Origin: Escherichia phage fjerdesal
Direction: 5' to 3' (one strand)
DNA length: 64,000 nt
Sequence record: MN850605.1
Of the stretch, positions 16,910 to 26,790 are shown piece by piece. Both the position numbers and the translations under genes were made by a program. The first letter of the stretch is position 1; each line of letters opens with the position of its first letter. The notes under the pieces were generated by a model. That model saw nothing but the letters and a program-made list of their open reading frames with translations, was not told where the DNA came from and searched no databases.

Positions 16910-17281
16910 TTATTTTTTGAGGGTTGCAACAGCAGAGAACGTTGGTTTGTTATCTGTCTGTTGTTGACCACCATTATCAGGAGTCTTCTTAGTGTCTGCT
17001 GCAAGTGCTTTCATCTCACCTGCTGAGTGAGTAAAGATAGTTTTACCTACCTCAATCATGCTCTTGATGGTTACGTCGTCTGTGTTTAACCCGAACTCTG
17101 CAAGCTTAGCAGCGTCCCTTGTAACAATCGCCTCAAACAACTTTGCAGCAAACTCAGCAGAATTATCAATGGTCAGTTGAGCTTTTACAAGTGAGCTTTT
17201 GTTACGAGAGCCTTTTGGTCTTCCAGATGGGTTTCCAGATTGGCCTTTTTTAAACTGGCCTTTGTTTGTTCTGTTTTTCAT
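16910..17281 (-). CDS. hypothetical protein with basic Gly/Ser-rich N-terminus
   Basis: 123-aa ORF, first gene of the minus-strand block after the divergent promoter region. Confidence 0.55.
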   Translation of the reverse strand: MKNRTNKGQFKKGQSGNPSGRPKGSRNKSSLVKAQLTIDNSAEFAAKLFEAIVTRDAAKLAEFGLNTDDVTIKSMIEVGKTIFTHSAGEMKALAADTKKTPDNGGQQQTDNKPTFSAVATLKK

Positions 17282-17402
17282 TGGTATGCCTCTTATAAGA
17301 CCTCTTAAAAGGCTTTTAAGATAAAAGATAGATATCCAGAAAGATATCTGTTTAAATAGCCTTTTTAGAGGAACCTTTTAAGTTATCTTCTAAGTATTTA
17401 TA

Positions 17403-17431
17403 AGCCTACACCTTGTCAAGTACTTTGTCAA
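17403..17431 (-). promoter_or_regulatory. putative minus-strand promoter (TTGACA-N17-TAGGCT) in divergent control region
   Basis: Overlaps conserved motif CCTTGTCAAGTACTTTGTCAAC. Confidence 0.35.
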
Positions 17432-17456
17432 CAACTTTTTTAACTTGCAATAGTTC

Positions 17457-17485
17457 TTGACTTGTTGTATGGATTACTGTACCAT
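17457..17485 (+). promoter_or_regulatory. putative plus-strand promoter (TTGACT-N17-TACCAT)
   Basis: Precedes AAGGAGA SD and ATG at 17531. Confidence 0.4.
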
Positions 17486-17530
17486 CTTACTTAAAGCTGT
17501 AGGTCTGCCTTGTTCTACAAAGGAGACTTA

Positions 17531-17692
17531 ATGAGAAAATCAAATAAACCGAAGAAAGGTAAGAATACCAATCACTGTAAGGAATCAAAAAGGGTAGAAT
17601 TAATCTACTATTCGTCCTCTGAAATTGGTCTGTACCTGTTCTTTCAAAATTACAGAAGACAAGAGGATTATCTATGTGTAGTTCCCAATTAG
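17531..17692 (+). CDS. hypothetical small basic protein
   Basis: Internal ATG of track ORF 17510..17692 with strong SD AAGGAGA 5 nt upstream. Confidence 0.45.
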   Translation: MRKSNKPKKGKNTNHCKESKRVELIYYSSSEIGLYLFFQNYRRQEDYLCVVPN

Positions 17693-17907
17693 AAATCGCA
17701 GATATTATAGATTTATATCAAACTGCAAAGAGTCATGGCTATATAACCTCAATTGGAAAGAATAGTCACTATGATGCTTTGACTGGAATGTATTTCAGGG
17801 CAATGGCTCAATCTAGTGAACAACACTTAATGGTTTCTTCCAGTGAGTTTACTTCGTTTCTCTATTGCAGCAAAATTATAAACCGCAGGAGAACTGAAAA
17901 ATGTTAA
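17674..17907 (+). CDS. hypothetical protein
   Basis: 77-aa ORF, GAGGA SD. Confidence 0.45.
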   Translation: MCSSQLEIADIIDLYQTAKSHGYITSIGKNSHYDALTGMYFRAMAQSSEQHLMVSSSEFTSFLYCSKIINRRRTEKC

Positions 17908-18491
17908 CAGTAAGTTTTAATTACAATAGTGATGGCTCTGTATCAATTAATTCACCATATGCAAATGACCTACTTAAAGAGCTAGTAAACCAGTGTGAAA
18001 GAGGTCTTCACTATGTTCAAAATTCTTTTAAACAGAAAACTATTGCTAATAACTTGATGCGTGTAACAGTGACGGCATCGAATCCAAATTATGACTTTGA
18101 TAGTGAAAGTCCGTACTCATTAGTTGCGCTTGGAGAGAGCAGCCAATTCAAACTTGTTTGCCACGACTCAGAAACATTCCTTAAGGTATTTTCAAACCTT
18201 ATCCATAATAATAAGTACAGCTACGTTGATGGTAGTGTAAACTTCTATCCAGCAAATTATACATGTTTGTTGGTTGATAATATGAGAAAAAGTAAGCAAG
18301 AGCCTACGGAAATTTCATTTGATGTGAACTCTAGTCCAGACGCAGAAACAAGTAAGAACTTTGATATGAGTTACGCATTGTCACTTAGTAAGAAATCCGA
18401 GTTCATTGATTATGTCAATGGATTTGGTTTTAAGTTTGATGAGAGTATGAATCTTAAAAAACTTAAGAACCTACTTAAGACCAAAGCTTAA
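17901..18491 (+). CDS. hypothetical protein
   Basis: 196-aa ORF followed by terminator hairpin. Confidence 0.55.
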   Translation: MLTVSFNYNSDGSVSINSPYANDLLKELVNQCERGLHYVQNSFKQKTIANNLMRVTVTASNPNYDFDSESPYSLVALGESSQFKLVCHDSETFLKVFSNLIHNNKYSYVDGSVNFYPANYTCLLVDNMRKSKQEPTEISFDVNSSPDAETSKNFDMSYALSLSKKSEFIDYVNGFGFKFDESMNLKKLKNLLKTKA

Positions 18492-18502
18492 GTGTGAATA
18501 GG

Positions 18503-18528
18503 GGCTGATGCCCCTTTAACTATTTATA
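18503..18528 (+). terminator. putative rho-independent terminator
   Basis: GGGGCTGATGCCCC hairpin followed by TTTAACTATTT. Confidence 0.45.
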
Positions 18529-18538
18529 AGGATATTTA

Positions 18539-18910
18539 ATGAAAGCTAAGAGTGCAAAAGACTTTTATTGCTTCCTACAATCCTATGTCAATTCCGTGCA
18601 AAATGGTGAAAGGTACAGCCTTAATGATGTTATCCCAACACCTTTGACATGGAGACTCAGCAAATGGCCTGAAGAAGATATTACACCAACAATCGAACAT
18701 CGTACCTACAAACCCGAAATCAATATTCCAGACTCTGAGAATCTATTATATCCAATGTTCCATATTGTTGGTCTTGGAAGATTCCTTATGGATATCCAGT
18801 ATGTAATTGGTAAAGGTTATAAGGTTAAAGGTATTGTTGTTGGTGACGTATCTCCGCATCACAAAGGTTATTTTAGACTAAACGCACATTTAGAGGCTAA
18901 AAAGAAATGA
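18539..18910 (+). CDS. hypothetical protein, paralog of N-terminal domain of next gene
   Basis: 123 aa; shares motifs (KxGxRYxxxxxxxxxLP...YKP...FFMDLQY) with 18907..20040. Confidence 0.55.
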   Translation: MKAKSAKDFYCFLQSYVNSVQNGERYSLNDVIPTPLTWRLSKWPEEDITPTIEHRTYKPEINIPDSENLLYPMFHIVGLGRFLMDIQYVIGKGYKVKGIVVGDVSPHHKGYFRLNAHLEAKKK

Positions 18911-20040
18911 TTAAAGCAAAGACTTACCCAGACTTCAAAGAGTTTGTGAAGGGCTTCATTGCAAACGTAAAGGCTGGTAAGAGATATGATTTTAGAACAT
19001 ATCAAGAGGCTATTTTACCGCTTACCTACAGTTCGTATTGGCCTGAAGCTGATATTGCAGAAGTCGATGAGTTTGACTACAAACCAGACTACAAAGTTCC
19101 ATTTAGTGATGAGTTGCTTTACAGCATTGGTGCTCAAATGAGAACTTCTGACTTCTTCATGGACTTACAATATGCAATTATCAATGGTAAAGACGTTGAC
19201 ACAATTTATTGTGAATGGCTGGCAAGAGTTAAACCATTCTCAATGTTGAATGCTAAGTTGAAGGATGCTATCAAGCCACCAGCAATCACTCAGCAACCAA
19301 CCAATCAAACAGTAAATGAAGGTGGTACGCTTACCCTAAGTGTTATTGCAACGAATGCCACTGGATATCAATGGAAAAAGGATGGAGAGGATATTCCTAG
19401 TGCCACCTCTGCAACTTATACAAAACAGTCCGTAGTACCTTCTGATGCTGGCTCATACACTTGTGTTGTATCTGGAGAGGCTGGAACAAGTGTTACCTCA
19501 GATGCGGCAACAGTTGCTGTTAATGCACTGCCTGTGATTACACAGCAGCCTTCTGGTCAGACTGTCAATGAGGGTGGAAGCATTAACTTGGAAGTGACTG
19601 CAACAGGTGCGACAGGTTACCAGTGGAAGAAAGATGGCTCTGACATTCCTTCAGCTACAAATGCTACCTATAGCAAGTCTGGTGCTCTGCCAGCAGATGC
19701 AGGCTCATATACTTGCGTTGTAACAGGTGCGGGTGGTGCAGTGACATCTAATGCTGCTGTAGTAACTGTGAACGCACTTCCAGTAATTACTCAACAGCCA
19801 ACCAATCAAGAAATCAATGAAGGTGAGACCTTAACGCTGAATGTTGTGGCAACAGGTGCGACAGGTTACCAGTGGAAGAAAGGTGAGGAAGACATCCTCG
19901 ATGCAACTACTGCAACTTACACCAAAGAAGGTGCGACCGCTGCTGATGCAGGAAGCTACACCTGTGTAGTTACTGGTGCAGGTGGCTCTGTAACATCTAA
20001 TGCAGCAACAGTTACAGTTAACCCAGCAGGGGAGGCGTAA
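18907..20040 (+). CDS. protein with N-terminal paralogous domain and three tandem Ig-like domains
   Basis: 377 aa; three ~80-aa repeats (ITQQPTNQTVNEGG...ATGYQWKKDG...DAGSYTCVV) resembling Ig-like/I-set domains. Confidence 0.6.
   Translation: MIKAKTYPDFKEFVKGFIANVKAGKRYDFRTYQEAILPLTYSSYWPEADIAEVDEFDYKPDYKVPFSDELLYSIGAQMRTSDFFMDLQYAIINGKDVDTIYCEWLARVKPFSMLNAKLKDAIKPPAITQQPTNQTVNEGGTLTLSVIATNATGYQWKKDGEDIPSATSATYTKQSVVPSDAGSYTCVVSGEAGTSVTSDAATVAVNALPVITQQPSGQTVNEGGSINLEVTATGATGYQWKKDGSDIPSATNATYSKSGALPADAGSYTCVVTGAGGAVTSNAAVVTVNALPVITQQPTNQEINEGETLTLNVVATGATGYQWKKGEEDILDATTATYTKEGATAADAGSYTCVVTGAGGSVTSNAATVTVNPAGEA
19276..20030 (+). repeat. three tandem ~250-bp direct repeats encoding the Ig-like domains
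   Basis: Nucleotide-level repetition visible (cagtggaagaaag..., tcatacacttg...). Confidence 0.6.
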
Positions 20041-20504
20041 TGCAACTCTCAAGAAAAGGTTTAGATGCTATTAAGTTCTTCGAAGGTCTGGAGTTAGAGG
20101 CTTACGAAGATTCTGCCGGAATCCCAACAATCGGGTATGGGACAATCCGTATTGACGGAAAACCTGTTAAGATGGGTATGAAGATTACCGCTGAACAAGC
20201 TGAACAGTATCTTCTCGCAGATGTTGAAAAGTTTGTTGCAGCAGTGAACAAAGCCGTCAATGTTCCAACTTCTCAGAATGAGTTTGACGCACTTGTAAGT
20301 GAAACATACAACATTGGTATCACAGCTATGCAGGATTCCACATTTATCAAGCGCCACAATGCTGGTAATAAGGTGGGTTGTGCAGAAGCTATGCAGTGGT
20401 GGAACAAGGTTACAGTCAAAGGTAAGAAGGTCACTTCAAACGGACTGAAAAACAGACGTAGAATGGAAGCTGACATTTATCTTGACAGTGTATACCCAAA
20501 GTAA
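20040..20504 (+). CDS. endolysin, GH24-type lysozyme
   Basis: 154 aa; N-terminal EGxxLxAYxDxxGxxTIGYG motif typical of phage lysozymes. Confidence 0.8.
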   Translation: MQLSRKGLDAIKFFEGLELEAYEDSAGIPTIGYGTIRIDGKPVKMGMKITAEQAEQYLLADVEKFVAAVNKAVNVPTSQNEFDALVSETYNIGITAMQDSTFIKRHNAGNKVGCAEAMQWWNKVTVKGKKVTSNGLKNRRRMEADIYLDSVYPK

Positions 20505-20514
20505 TATCTTCATA

Positions 20515-20540
20515 GGCTCCTTCGGGAGCCTTTTTTATTT
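20515..20540 (+). terminator. rho-independent terminator
   Basis: GGCTCC-TTCG-GGAGCC hairpin followed by TTTTTTATTTT. Confidence 0.6.
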
Positions 20541-20555
20541 TCTAAGGAGAAAACT

Positions 20556-20954
20556 ATGAAACTTTGGGCTAGTGACTTTGGGACTTTTAAGTACACTCGT
20601 AATGGCTCGCTTGTACGCATTGTCGGGAACAATGTGGTTTCAAGAGGTGACAAGGTATATACACGGTTTACTGTAGAGCTTGTTGAACTGTCACCTATTG
20701 AGTCTGTGAACAATGGCCTGTTCAAGTTTGAGACTTACAATGTCAACGAACATGGACAATTCAACCCTCTCGGTGAAAGTGGACTTGATATTATTTCAGA
20801 GCACCCATTGACAAAAGAGCAACTTGCAAGTTATTATAAAACTGTTCTGGAAAGGCAGTTAGCAACACATGAACAAGAAGCTAACTATCATTTACAACAT
20901 TGCGAAGCTTTAAGAGCAAAAATCGAACAAGCAGAGAGAGGTTTCTATGAATAA
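20556..20954 (+). CDS. hypothetical protein
   Basis: 132-aa ORF with SD AAGGAGA. Confidence 0.55.
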   Translation: MKLWASDFGTFKYTRNGSLVRIVGNNVVSRGDKVYTRFTVELVELSPIESVNNGLFKFETYNVNEHGQFNPLGESGLDIISEHPLTKEQLASYYKTVLERQLATHEQEANYHLQHCEALRAKIEQAERGFYE

Positions 20955-21336
20955 AGAGATTCAAGTAAAAGTTGACACTTTTGGCCATGATGGCCGTGAA
21001 GACGCTGGTCTTGCTGATGCAGTAATTTTTGAGTGTAATGGTAATATCAGCCTTCGTTTTACAGGCTCAGGTAGCACACTACGTAGGATGCGAGATGATG
21101 CAGATGGCTGCCCTGTATTTGGTTGGTATGACATGGAGTTCCCACTTTATGCAATCCATTATCCAGATGGTGGGGAAGATTGGACAACTCAATCAATCCG
21201 TGATGAGCTTAACGGTATTCCAGTTGAGCAAGAAGAGCAAGAGCCTGTTGAACTCACCTTCACTTTTATCAAAGAAGAGAAAGTTGGTGATTTGTCTGTA
21301 ACTGAAGCAATTCAAGTCTCACAGGTTATTCGTTAA
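20947..21336 (+). CDS. hypothetical protein
   Basis: 129-aa ORF, overlapping coupling. Confidence 0.5.
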   Translation: MNKEIQVKVDTFGHDGREDAGLADAVIFECNGNISLRFTGSGSTLRRMRDDADGCPVFGWYDMEFPLYAIHYPDGGEDWTTQSIRDELNGIPVEQEEQEPVELTFTFIKEEKVGDLSVTEAIQVSQVIR

Positions 21337-21629
21337 TGAGTAAAGTACAGGTTGTTTTCCCTATTTGTGACTTCTCACTAGAGCGTGAACTTGACCTGTA
21401 CGAAGAAATTACTGACGAAATCATCTGGTCTGTTGTAGAAGAGGCTATCAAGAAGCTGTATGGTGGCCTCTTAAACCCATCAAGTAAAAAGCTCAACACT
21501 AAACAAGTAGCTGATACGTACACTGCATACGATGCCTACAACAAGCCTTTTGAAAATACCTGCTTTGACCTTATGGTAGGTAATAATAAAGTCAACTATT
21601 TCTTCGTCAGAGAGTTTAACGATGAGTAA
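21336..21629 (+). CDS. hypothetical protein
   Basis: 97-aa ORF. Confidence 0.5.
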   Translation: MSKVQVVFPICDFSLERELDLYEEITDEIIWSVVEEAIKKLYGGLLNPSSKKLNTKQVADTYTAYDAYNKPFENTCFDLMVGNNKVNYFFVREFNDE

Positions 21630-21966
21630 GCTCCATGTCACAGTGTACAAAAACTTCTCAGATATCAAAGAGTCTTTAACAAATAAGCTTGACTTACAAC
21701 GTAAAAGACTCTTTTTAATGTACGATATAGACAACTACAACCATCCTAAAGAGTTCAACTACAAAGATGGTACAAAGGTTGTTGAGTTTGAAGATTCTGT
21801 GACGGTGTATGTCAAATATGACTTACCAGCAAAGTACATAGGGATGTTAGAGTATTACATATTCAAACATACAGGTATGCGTGGTGAAGCTGTCAAGATA
21901 TCTTCTATAGAAGTTTTTGAGAAACCTAACACACAACTTAAAAAGTATTTAATGAGGAAACTGTAA
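21622..21966 (+). CDS. hypothetical protein
   Basis: 114-aa ORF. Confidence 0.5.
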   Translation: MSKLHVTVYKNFSDIKESLTNKLDLQRKRLFLMYDIDNYNHPKEFNYKDGTKVVEFEDSVTVYVKYDLPAKYIGMLEYYIFKHTGMRGEAVKISSIEVFEKPNTQLKKYLMRKL

Positions 21967-22547
21967 TGTCCGAAGAGCAACAGGATATCATTCCACAAGT
22001 AACATTAGTCCAACATTTTGGAAACATTGAAGGGTGTGTTGCACTTTTTCAACCGAGTATCAATTCCCCTGCAAAAGTTTGCAAGTTGACTATGAATGTT
22101 AATAACATTAGTGTCTGCCTTGTTGATGAAGTCCAGTACTTCAAGTTTAATGACAGAGAGGTTGATGCTGCACTATTGAAGTACCGAGCAAGCCTAGAAA
22201 AAGACATCGACCACAAAGAACTTGTAACACTGTTTGGTGACCTTCACAAGCTTCTTGAAAAGGTTATTAAGCGCACATATTACATGAACAATGGTTCAAT
22301 CATCACCACTTTGATTTCACCATGTATTTCAGAGCCAATTTTAACTGATGATGGTGGATACTACGTGGTAGCATCAGCAGATTCTGATTGGTGGATGAAG
22401 AACACAGCACTTAAAACAGTGATTGATGCTATCCGTGAACACATCCCTTCATTCAGCCCGTGGAAAGGTAAAAGTGATGATTTCATTGCACTATTGAGTG
22501 AAGAGAGTAACAAGCGCAGTGCATTACTGCCTAAAAAATACTCTTGA
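21966..22547 (+). CDS. hypothetical protein
   Basis: 193-aa ORF. Confidence 0.5.
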   Translation: MSEEQQDIIPQVTLVQHFGNIEGCVALFQPSINSPAKVCKLTMNVNNISVCLVDEVQYFKFNDREVDAALLKYRASLEKDIDHKELVTLFGDLHKLLEKVIKRTYYMNNGSIITTLISPCISEPILTDDGGYYVVASADSDWWMKNTALKTVIDAIREHIPSFSPWKGKSDDFIALLSEESNKRSALLPKKYS

Positions 22548-22630
22548 CCGAGTATACAAAACTGATTATGATGGGAGCTATCGAGAGGTAGTTCCCTTTT
22601 TAGTTTCTAGAGAAGAGACATGGTAAAAGA

Positions 22631-22849
22631 ATGAAAAAGTTAACTACAGTTGAAGATTACTACAAACTTTCCCTGTTAGAACAGTATCGCAGAAGCCAGA
22701 ATATCAGAAAATGCTATGGTAAGTACGCTGAAGGCGATTTTTACCATTGCTATGATGCAGATTTAAAAGGCGTAACACCTAGAGGGAAAGTTCTGCAAAG
22801 ATTTGTTGACCTTGAATGGAACAAACGATTGAGAGGGGTTGGGAAATGA
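22631..22849 (+). CDS. hypothetical protein
   Basis: 72-aa ORF. Confidence 0.45.
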   Translation: MKKLTTVEDYYKLSLLEQYRRSQNIRKCYGKYAEGDFYHCYDADLKGVTPRGKVLQRFVDLEWNKRLRGVGK

Positions 22850-23349
22850 TTTACGAAGAAAGATACAAAATAGATTACCAGAAGACTGGTCATCATGTCT
22901 CCCTAAGAGTAACAAAACCAAATGGAGATACCGGTATCATAGCACATTTTGGTGGTGATTACTGGTACGGTACAGGTTGCTTTGAAGGCTACAGTCAAGA
23001 ATACTTGAAAGCTTTCTACAGAGACTTTACAAACGACTACAATAGGGTTGTTGACGAAAAGAACAAGTGTATTAAGCATGAATACCATGCCAGAGGTTGT
23101 CTAAATATTGTTATGATACTAGTGTTCTTCTTAGCAACGTTACTAGCTGTATCAGCAATCAGCTACATAGCTCAAGACTTGACCATTACACAGATTACTG
23201 CAAAGTTGCATGATGTCTGGTACTTGTATGTTGTTCCTTTAGCTGGTATCATCATCTCACTAATGAGGTTCAGAGTTCATAAGAAACGACTTAAGGATTC
23301 TGAGGTTAAACTTGAAGAGGTAAGTAAAGAATGCAACCTACAATTATAG
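22846..23349 (+). CDS. hypothetical membrane protein (two C-terminal TM segments)
   Basis: Start at internal ATG with GAGAGGGG SD (ATGA overlap with upstream stop); hydrophobic segments LNIVMILVFFLATLLAV and YLYVVPLAGIIISL. Confidence 0.5.
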   Translation: MIYEERYKIDYQKTGHHVSLRVTKPNGDTGIIAHFGGDYWYGTGCFEGYSQEYLKAFYRDFTNDYNRVVDEKNKCIKHEYHARGCLNIVMILVFFLATLLAVSAISYIAQDLTITQITAKLHDVWYLYVVPLAGIIISLMRFRVHKKRLKDSEVKLEEVSKECNLQL

Positions 23350-23425
23350 CTGTATGTGTTCGTTTTGCAATCGCTGAAATGATTAACAAGGTAATCTTAA
23401 AAGATGCCTATGGAGAGACTAAGTA

Positions 23426-23650
23426 ATGATTAAGACACCTGTACCAATTTTTGGATTTCCTTCTATAGAAGAGTTCAAAGTTTATCTTGACAAAAACTTC
23501 TATAATGAGCAACCTGTAACGCTTCTGAAGAGTGACTTATCAGAACTTCTTGATATGGTTATCAAGGCAACTTCTGAGAAGGAACCTGAGCAGAAAGCTG
23601 AGAAGAAGACTAGCAAGAAATCCGATAAGAAGACTGAAAAGTCTGAGTAG
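23426..23650 (+). CDS. hypothetical protein with Lys/Glu-rich C-terminus
   Basis: 74-aa ORF. Confidence 0.45.
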   Translation: MIKTPVPIFGFPSIEEFKVYLDKNFYNEQPVTLLKSDLSELLDMVIKATSEKEPEQKAEKKTSKKSDKKTEKSE

Positions 23651-23704
23651 TAACTTGAGGGGGTTACTCGATAGCCCCTTTGTAGAAACTTAGAAGGTAG
23701 CGAA

Positions 23705-24133
23705 ATGAAAGAGCATGTAGGTAAAGAGCTTGACATTGTAGATGCAAAGACACAGAGGTATATAGCTACTGTTAAGTTTCTTGGAATTAGTGATATGAGT
23801 GATGGTTATCCTCTCAACTGCATAGTACTAGACAAATTTAAGGTTTGTGGTATTAATTTTAATGAGGATAACTTTATAAGCTTTGATAAGGACGGTTTCT
23901 GGCGTGGTAAGAGCCACCCTCAGGCAAATGAGTTTGATATGCGTCTAGTAATACCACAAAAAGGTAACCCACAAAACGTAAAAGATATCCTTGTAGAAGC
24001 CTATGAAGAAGGTATAATTGATATTGTGCATGATGTTGAAAAAGCTTTAAAGCTTGTTATGCCACATTTAGAATCTGGAAAGCTGACTTTAGAGATGCTT
24101 AATAGGGTTATTCGGAGAGCTTATGAAGGTTAA
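23705..24133 (+). CDS. hypothetical protein
   Basis: 142-aa ORF. Confidence 0.5.
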   Translation: MKEHVGKELDIVDAKTQRYIATVKFLGISDMSDGYPLNCIVLDKFKVCGINFNEDNFISFDKDGFWRGKSHPQANEFDMRLVIPQKGNPQNVKDILVEAYEEGIIDIVHDVEKALKLVMPHLESGKLTLEMLNRVIRRAYEG

Positions 24134-24587
24134 AGAGATAGTACAAAGAGCAATGCTTGACAACTCGACTAAAGATGAGATGTACACAGAAATCTGTGAT
24201 AAGTTGAACTGTTCAAGACATGCTGCTAAGATTCTTGTACATTGTTTTATTTGGGAATGTTCAGAAGCTTATATGAAACACGTAGCTTTTGAGAGTTCTC
24301 ATTTACTCGGTGATGCAAAAATAGGTGTAGCACTAAAAGAGCCTGAGATGAAAACAGTACCTAAAGTTGGTAATGTGTATAAACTAAAAAATTTTATTAC
24401 AGGCGAGATTGTTGCAGAAGGTGAAGTGCAACAGGTTTATCATGATGGTAAATATCTGTTTAAGATATTCGAGTATGATAGTCGTTACAGACACTTATGT
24501 GGGATTACATTTTTAGTTTCAGAAGATGACCTCATCAAGAACAATAGTAATAAATTCGCAGTACCAGAATATCAAGTTTTACGATAA
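24123..24587 (+). CDS. hypothetical protein
   Basis: 154-aa ORF. Confidence 0.5.
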   Translation: MKVKEIVQRAMLDNSTKDEMYTEICDKLNCSRHAAKILVHCFIWECSEAYMKHVAFESSHLLGDAKIGVALKEPEMKTVPKVGNVYKLKNFITGEIVAEGEVQQVYHDGKYLFKIFEYDSRYRHLCGITFLVSEDDLIKNNSNKFAVPEYQVLR

Positions 24588-24600
24588 TGGTGTGATAGAT

Positions 24601-25149
24601 ATGGAAAAAGATAACTTAAAAGATGTTGAAGGTAACTATCTAGTACTTGACTGGAGTGATGTTCGAGAAGCACTCTCCGAAGAAAATCTTGACTGGTTCG
24701 AACAAATTATCTTTGCAGTACGGCATAACAGAGAAGTTGAAAATGGTAAAGAGCCACTTGAAGGAATCTTTGTAGAAAGGTCTTATCCGTTCTATGAAGA
24801 CACTTTGCAGAAAGTTAAAATGTACTTTAGACAGAAGAACCGTAAAGTGGTCACTATGGTATCTCTTGGTGGACAGAGTATGTCTGTGATGGAAGATATC
24901 AACCCTAAGAGACCGAGTAAAGGCGTTTGTATAAAAATCACAGGACATGAAGAGTATATCTCAGTTGATGACTTTAGTGCATTCTGTAATGGCTCTTGTG
25001 TCTTTAATGGTTTTCACTATGATATCCGAGTTTACCCAATCAAGGGTGATGATATCATGATGCAGGTATTCGATAATAACAATGGATTTACTCATTTTTA
25101 TCAGACAACCAAGTCATCATTGAAAACAGTTCTGGAAACACTGATTTAA
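24601..25149 (+). CDS. hypothetical protein
   Basis: Track ORF 24526..25149 trimmed to internal ATG to avoid 62-nt overlap with upstream gene; start uncertain. Confidence 0.45.
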   Translation: MEKDNLKDVEGNYLVLDWSDVREALSEENLDWFEQIIFAVRHNREVENGKEPLEGIFVERSYPFYEDTLQKVKMYFRQKNRKVVTMVSLGGQSMSVMEDINPKRPSKGVCIKITGHEEYISVDDFSAFCNGSCVFNGFHYDIRVYPIKGDDIMMQVFDNNNGFTHFYQTTKSSLKTVLETLI

Positions 25150-25160
25150 AATATCTTAAG

Positions 25161-25186
25161 AGCCTCCTTAATTGGGGGCTTTTTAA
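25161..25186 (+). terminator. rho-independent terminator ending the plus-strand block
   Basis: AGCCTCC-TTAATTG-GGGGCT hairpin followed by TTTTT. Confidence 0.55.
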
Positions 25187-26744
25187 TTTTTATAAAATTT
25201 TATCGGTTGTCCCAACCTCTGGGTCACCATCATATGTGAATAAAATATCTATCCTTCTTAACAACCTTCTTAATCTTACTCTCTATATAGTTATATAGTA
25301 CTATATAGTATCTTAGTAACTATCTAGTGGTCTTAATAGCCCTCTGTATAGCCCTTCTAAATAGCCATCTAAACACTCTTCTAACAAGCCTTCTAAACAA
25401 CCTATACAATCATCTTAACCATCTCTCTATATCCTCTTAGAAGCTCCTATACACCTCTTAATCTCTAGGTTAGCTATGTTACTCTCTATAGGTGTTCACT
25501 AGGTACTACTAAGCCTCTATATAGACTGTTTTAACAAACTTAACAGGAATATCTTCACAGACCTTATCTCACAAGGTCTAACACGGTACTAACAAGGTAT
25601 CTTATAAGCCTGTTATTACCTGTATTTTTAAAAGGCTGTATAGGTAATTATTCAGAATCTTAAAATTTTTATAAAATAGGGCTATCAAGTCATTTTTTAG
25701 GGTCTTTGAAGGAACTGAAAAATATCTGATTAGGATGTATATCTGCTTGGTAGCCCTTAACAGCCCCTTAACACCCCCTTTGCAAAATTTTAAAATATCC
25801 TTAACAATCTCTTAACAGTTCTCACATCTTCTTAACAACCCTTCAAAGGTCTTAACAGATTCTTAACAGAACTAACAAGGCTGTAACAGTTTTCTAACAA
25901 GTGCTGAATAGGCTTTACAGAATCTTAACAGATGACTAACAAGAGCTAACAAGTTAATTTTAAAGAGTTATTTTGTTAAGATAATTAACAAGTTCCTAAC
26001 AAGTGTTTAATCTTTTTAACAAGCTATTAACATGGTCACTATCTCTTGGTCTATAGTTCCCTTTCCCTCTTAGTGATTCTTTAAACATACCTCTTAAAAG
26101 CTCTCTATAGCTCTTTATAAGCTCTTTTAAGTCTCTTCCTAGTAGTTACACCCCAACTATACAGAAAGCTTTTTATAGGGCTTTACAGGAGCTTTTAAGG
26201 CTATGTCAAAGGCTCTTACAAGGCTTTTACATGGTCTTAACAGAGATTTAACAAGGGGCTAACAAGTCTCTAACAAGTGCCTTAAAAGCATAACTATGTA
26301 GGGATTGTTAAGAAATTGTTAAGAAAATGTTAAGGGGGCTAGCATTTACGTAACTTTTAAGCTACTTTATATCCCCTATAACATACTTTTAAGACACTAA
26401 CAAGCCCTTTTTAGATATTCACAAGATAGCTAACGAGATGATAAAGCTTACACCCTTATAAGATTCTTTTAAGGCTGTAGGAAGCTTTATAAAGAGCTTT
26501 TAAGGGTGAGTTAATGCAATCCCTTAAGTTAGGTTGATAAGGCTGTTATAGAGCTTTATAGAGCGTTTAAACGGTTGCCCTTCCCTTTCGGGTTATGGGC
26601 TTTTATTTAAGTTGATTTGATAAGAGATTATAGAGTAGACTATAGAGTTATTGCTTTTAAGGTCTGGTAAGATTCTATCGAATCAGTAGGGTAGATTCTG
26701 GAAAGGAAAGGAAAGGGATTGTATAGAGGTTATTACATAGACGT
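25187..26744. repeat. 1.6-kb ORF-free motif-dense region (CTTAACAR / CTAACAAG array; GCTTTATAAAGAGCTTTTAAGG family)
   Basis: No ORF of 60 aa or more on any strand; many short direct repeats; lies between convergent plus- and minus-strand gene blocks. Confidence 0.6.
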
Positions 26745-26790
26745 AAAAAAGCCCCTATGAGAAGGAGCTTTGCAGGTATCTGGGGCTATT
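26745..26790 (-). terminator. putative terminator for minus-strand early array
   Basis: Minus strand GCCCC...GGGGC hairpin followed by TTTTTT. Confidence 0.35.

Noticed and set aside
17510-17530. Upstream ATG of ORF 17510..17692
   Set aside because: The AAGGAGA Shine-Dalgarno lies inside these codons and is correctly spaced for the ATG at 17531, which was used instead
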